From the human T2T-CHM13v2.0 reference genome, Homo sapiens: a stretch of DNA of 64,000 nt. The notes under the pieces are model-generated. The model ran no database searches and had not been told where the DNA came from. It saw only the letters and a program-made list of their open reading frames with translations. Of the stretch, positions 60,429-64,000 are shown one piece after another. The position numbers and the translations under genes were made by a program. The DNA lies in NCBI RefSeq assembly GCF_009914755.1, contig NC_060929.1. The stretch is one strand, 5' to 3'. How positions within the stretch are numbered: position 1 is the first letter of the stretch; every line of letters starts with the position of its first letter.

Positions 60429-63109
60429 AGAATTTTGCCACTTTTAAAGCTTTTAATAGAAAGGCATCACTTTATATTAGCACACCAGTCTAAACTTTTA
60501 TAAACTTATAACATTTTCAATTCTGTCCCTGACCATTCTTTTTGTCAATCTGTGAGGAAACAAATGGTATCCAGTATTAAACTGTATATCCTGGATCAAT
60601 ATCAATATAGATCATCTGAGTCATGTTTTCTGCCTATTTTTCCATTGAAGTTTTAGTGATTTTTTTTTCCTATTTGATTTCTGAGAGCTCTTTATATATA
60701 AAGGGTAGTATACCTTTGTGTAGCAGAAGGAATTGTCTGAATTCACTTCAGATGACTGTCAAGAAATATAAGATACATTCTCCGAAATGCAAAAAGGCCA
60801 GTCTGATAGGTAAGACAGCTCTCCCAACAAAATAGGCTCCAGAAACCTTTGACTTCCAAGATAAACTATTTTTTCTGTATTTATGTGGCTGAAATAATTA
60901 GCATTTTACTCCTTGGAAACATGTTTGGAAGGGACAGACAGGTTAATATAAACTTCTGCAGTGCAGCATTTTATTCATATTTATATTCATAACCAAGCAT
61001 TTTCTTGTTGGCACAAAGCAAGAGACCCAATAATCCCTTCTGAGTTTAAGCAAAACTATTTTTACCAGATAGTCCTCTTTTTTGGGTACCAATATAAAGT
61101 TATAATGCTTGAAAATACTCAACTGACTGTTCCTGGCGACCTCAGTTTTACACCTCTTGCTGTAACCAAAGACAGAATTCAGGTACAGTAACTAATTCCC
61201 ACACCCTCACCAAAGGATAATGTGGAGATGAGATACTGATTTAGCTGCCTAAAACTTGAGTACAGCTGGTGAGAATGTGAGAGTAACAAGTTGAAGAGAG
61301 TTGTAATTACAGTCTTGTCTGTCTTTAGATGATACATGTCACAACTGTGTCGCTGGTCAAAATGAGACGCAGTTAATGGAAGAAAGATCTATTCCAGACA
61401 AAACCCATTAAGGCTTCTGGAAGTGGAACTCAGGGCATTACCCCCTGAGGAATTCTCCTCATGCATTCTTTTCTGCCTTCTGGATCCTCGGTTTTGTCCC
61501 TTTTTCACAGTGACTTCCAGTCATCCCCAACCATCCCTGACCTCTTCAGTGTGGGCTGGCCCCTCTAACATTCTCCTTACTCGATCCCCATTTGTGAGAC
61601 CATGCCTTTTCTTACAGTGTTTGCTACAGTACACTTGACATTCAAAATTTTGGTATTTTAAAGTAATGATTTTTATAAGCCACTCACCTCAAGGATAGAA
61701 TGAGTAATGAACTTTTAGAAAAAACTCAGGGTATTTTAATCCTCTGAGTTCCAAATTAAATGAGGAGAAAATGTGTTTCCCTGACTGGAAATAAGAACTC
61801 AGGAAGATGAGGATATCTGATTGGAAAAACTTCGAGATTTTTAATTATTGAAAAAATATTTAAAAATAGCTATCATTAAAGATGAGAGTTGACACAATTC
61901 CAAGTTGCCTCCCAATTGTTCTCTCTGCTATCACTGCTATATTATGCTGTATCCACAACCCCAAATCACTAACACAGCCATCAGAGAGGTCTTCCTAAAA
62001 GAACAGATCTTATCAAATCCCATGTCTTCTTATGGCTCCCTGTCATGACATGATGAAGTCTATTATCTTTAGCATAATATTCAAGGTCCCTCATAACCTA
62101 CTTCTCTTGCTCTGGCTCTAGTTACATATACAGAAACACAATCTATTCAAACCTAACAAGTTTGTTCCTGCCTCCACTTATCAACCTGTAACATGAGAAC
62201 TTTGCAATTTGCTTAGATTATCAACTCTTGGAGGATAAGAACCTTGATCTATTTATCTTCCTGTCTCTGGCTTAGTATATAATAAATGTGTACAGAGTAA
62301 GGGTTCCTGATGTGAATTTCTCAGAGGTAAGGACCATCCCTTTTTGTTCCTATAACTATAATCTGGCACAATTACCAGGAACTTTCAGGAGGCAAGTAAG
62401 TATTTTCTTTTAATGTATTTTTTGAACTTGCTTTATTTCATTCACTGATTATTCACTGTCTTAACTTATTCAATAAATATAAACTGAGTGCCTACTATGT
62501 GCTAAGTATTGTACTGCTCTTGATTAGAACTTTTGTAATTGCTTCAGGAAGCTGCTAATGTAATATATACTAGAGTCATCGCCAATCATGACACTTTAGT
62601 GGACTAATTCCATCAGTATTTTACAGACCTTAATTTACATTTAAAATCTTCAAGTATTACTAAGTTTTGGTGATATCCCATTTTGGAAATAGAAATAGGT
62701 CTGATTAAAAAGTTCAACTTTAGAATTCAAGAAGGAATAAATGGTGCTGCAAAGGAAAAATGATTAAAAAAAAAAAACTGGTGAATAAGTCCCAAGATTT
62801 AAGGTGTACAATTTGTAGAGATCAGGAGACTAAAAGTGGACCAAAAATATTTAAAAATGGATTTCATAAAATAAAATGGACAGTCTTTCCCAAAATTCAA
62901 AATAATGCTATTATATAATCTGAAAGTAGTAACTTCATGAAAGTGATAGGGAGAAGTTCAAATGTATTCTTATTTGAGTACTGTTTGAAGACTTTATGAT
63001 ACATTAGTTATATAACAAAGCAAAACTTACCCAAGCCTCCCCCCACCCCAAATAAAAACTTTACAGTGAAGATGAAAATTCCTGCATAGCTAAGATCGGC
63101 ATTACCTAC

Positions 63110-63350
63110 CTAAATAGCTTTGGAGGCAAGATACTAAATCGTGTTTTATCCAAAATCTTCCTGATTTTGTTTCTTCCACCTGAAACAGTATTTGCTTTAA
63201 CTTTCTTACTTCCTTTCTCCTGTGATGTCTGTTCAATATCTCCTGGCACATGCTGGATAGAATGGCGATTACTTTTTTTTTCAGCAATTTTGGGAATATG
63301 AGGAACACCAGATTTCTCTTGTTCAGTCCTAAAAAGTAACTCTTTGAACA
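63110..63350 (-). CDS. RAPGEF6: RAPGEF6 coding exon (first in window; post-PDZ region, [14 protein letters not shown]...LPPKLF)
   Basis: Acceptor tttccacag|TG, donor AG|gtaggt; 241 nt; phase matches the next exon; translation recognised as PDZ-GEF2. Confidence 0.95.
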
Positions 63351-63738
63351 CTGTGGAAATAAAACAAATGCGTCATTTTATTTCTTCTCTTCAGAAAATT
63401 TTTATACCAACAACAAATTTTAAGGATAAACACAGTGACTTTCCATTATTTGAACTTTCTCAGTCTCATTCAACTAAACACTGTCAAGTATTTACCTGTC
63501 CTTTAGCAGCTATATCTTCTTCTTTCTTTAGTTTTTATACCTGATTATACTTCTGATGTTGCCCAACACTAATAAAAGGAAAGTCAGTGGGGGGAAAGGG
63601 AAAGGAAGTGGGCAGGCTGCAGGCAAGTTTGAAAAAAAACAGAGGTTCCTATTTAGGTAATAAGTAACATAACTGCTAATCAACTAATTTTATAGAAACA
63701 GATACTTAGGTTCTATTTTATGTTATTTCTTATAATAC

Positions 63739-63955
63739 AGCTGACCCTTGAACAACACCAGTTTGAACTATGTGGGTCCATTTATACTTGAATTTTTTTC
63801 AACCAAACGTGGATTGAAAATACAGTATTCTTGGGATGCAAAAACCTGCGTATGGCTCTGAAGAACCAACTGTGGGTCTTGAATATGCACAAATTTGGGT
63901 GTACATGGGGTGGAGGTCCTGTAACCAACCCTATGCATATACCGAGGGATAACTA
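63739..63955. mobile_element. MER8-like (Tigger2 family) element
   Basis: cagctgacccttgaacaac...taccgagggataact termini. Confidence 0.75.
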
Positions 63956-64000
63956 CATATGTCACTTGAGATGAGACCTCACTACTGTAGTCAGGTTCAG

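Overview
Primate (very likely human) genomic DNA containing the 3' half of RAPGEF6 (PDZ-GEF2, a Rap1/Rap2 guanine-nucleotide exchange factor) on the minus strand. I traced 13 phase-consistent GT-AG coding exons from 63350 down to the stop at 10862. They encode about 988 C-terminal residues: RA domain, CDC25/RasGEF catalytic domain, and a tail with a DSGRGS degron-like motif, two PPxY motifs and a C-terminal -SAV PDZ ligand. A ~3.3 kb 3' UTR follows with two AATAAA signals, then ~7.5 kb of repeat-rich downstream DNA with a strong CTCF-type motif. Two in-frame microexons (15 nt and 24 nt) that the ORF track misses have UGC-rich acceptors. There is also an alternative last exon, a donor-readthrough/intronic-polyadenylation truncation just before the catalytic domain, and an in-frame skippable exon carrying both PY motifs. 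Introns are filled with Alu, L1, L2, MIR, MaLR LTR and DNA-transposon fossils; most short ORFs in the track are Alu-derived or spurious. I see no evidence for a wholly new biological system. The best leads are the RAPGEF6 isoform switches, a few candidate cryptic or poison exons, and a 48-nt templated insertion inside an Alu. Repeat boundaries and subfamily names were read by eye and are approximate.
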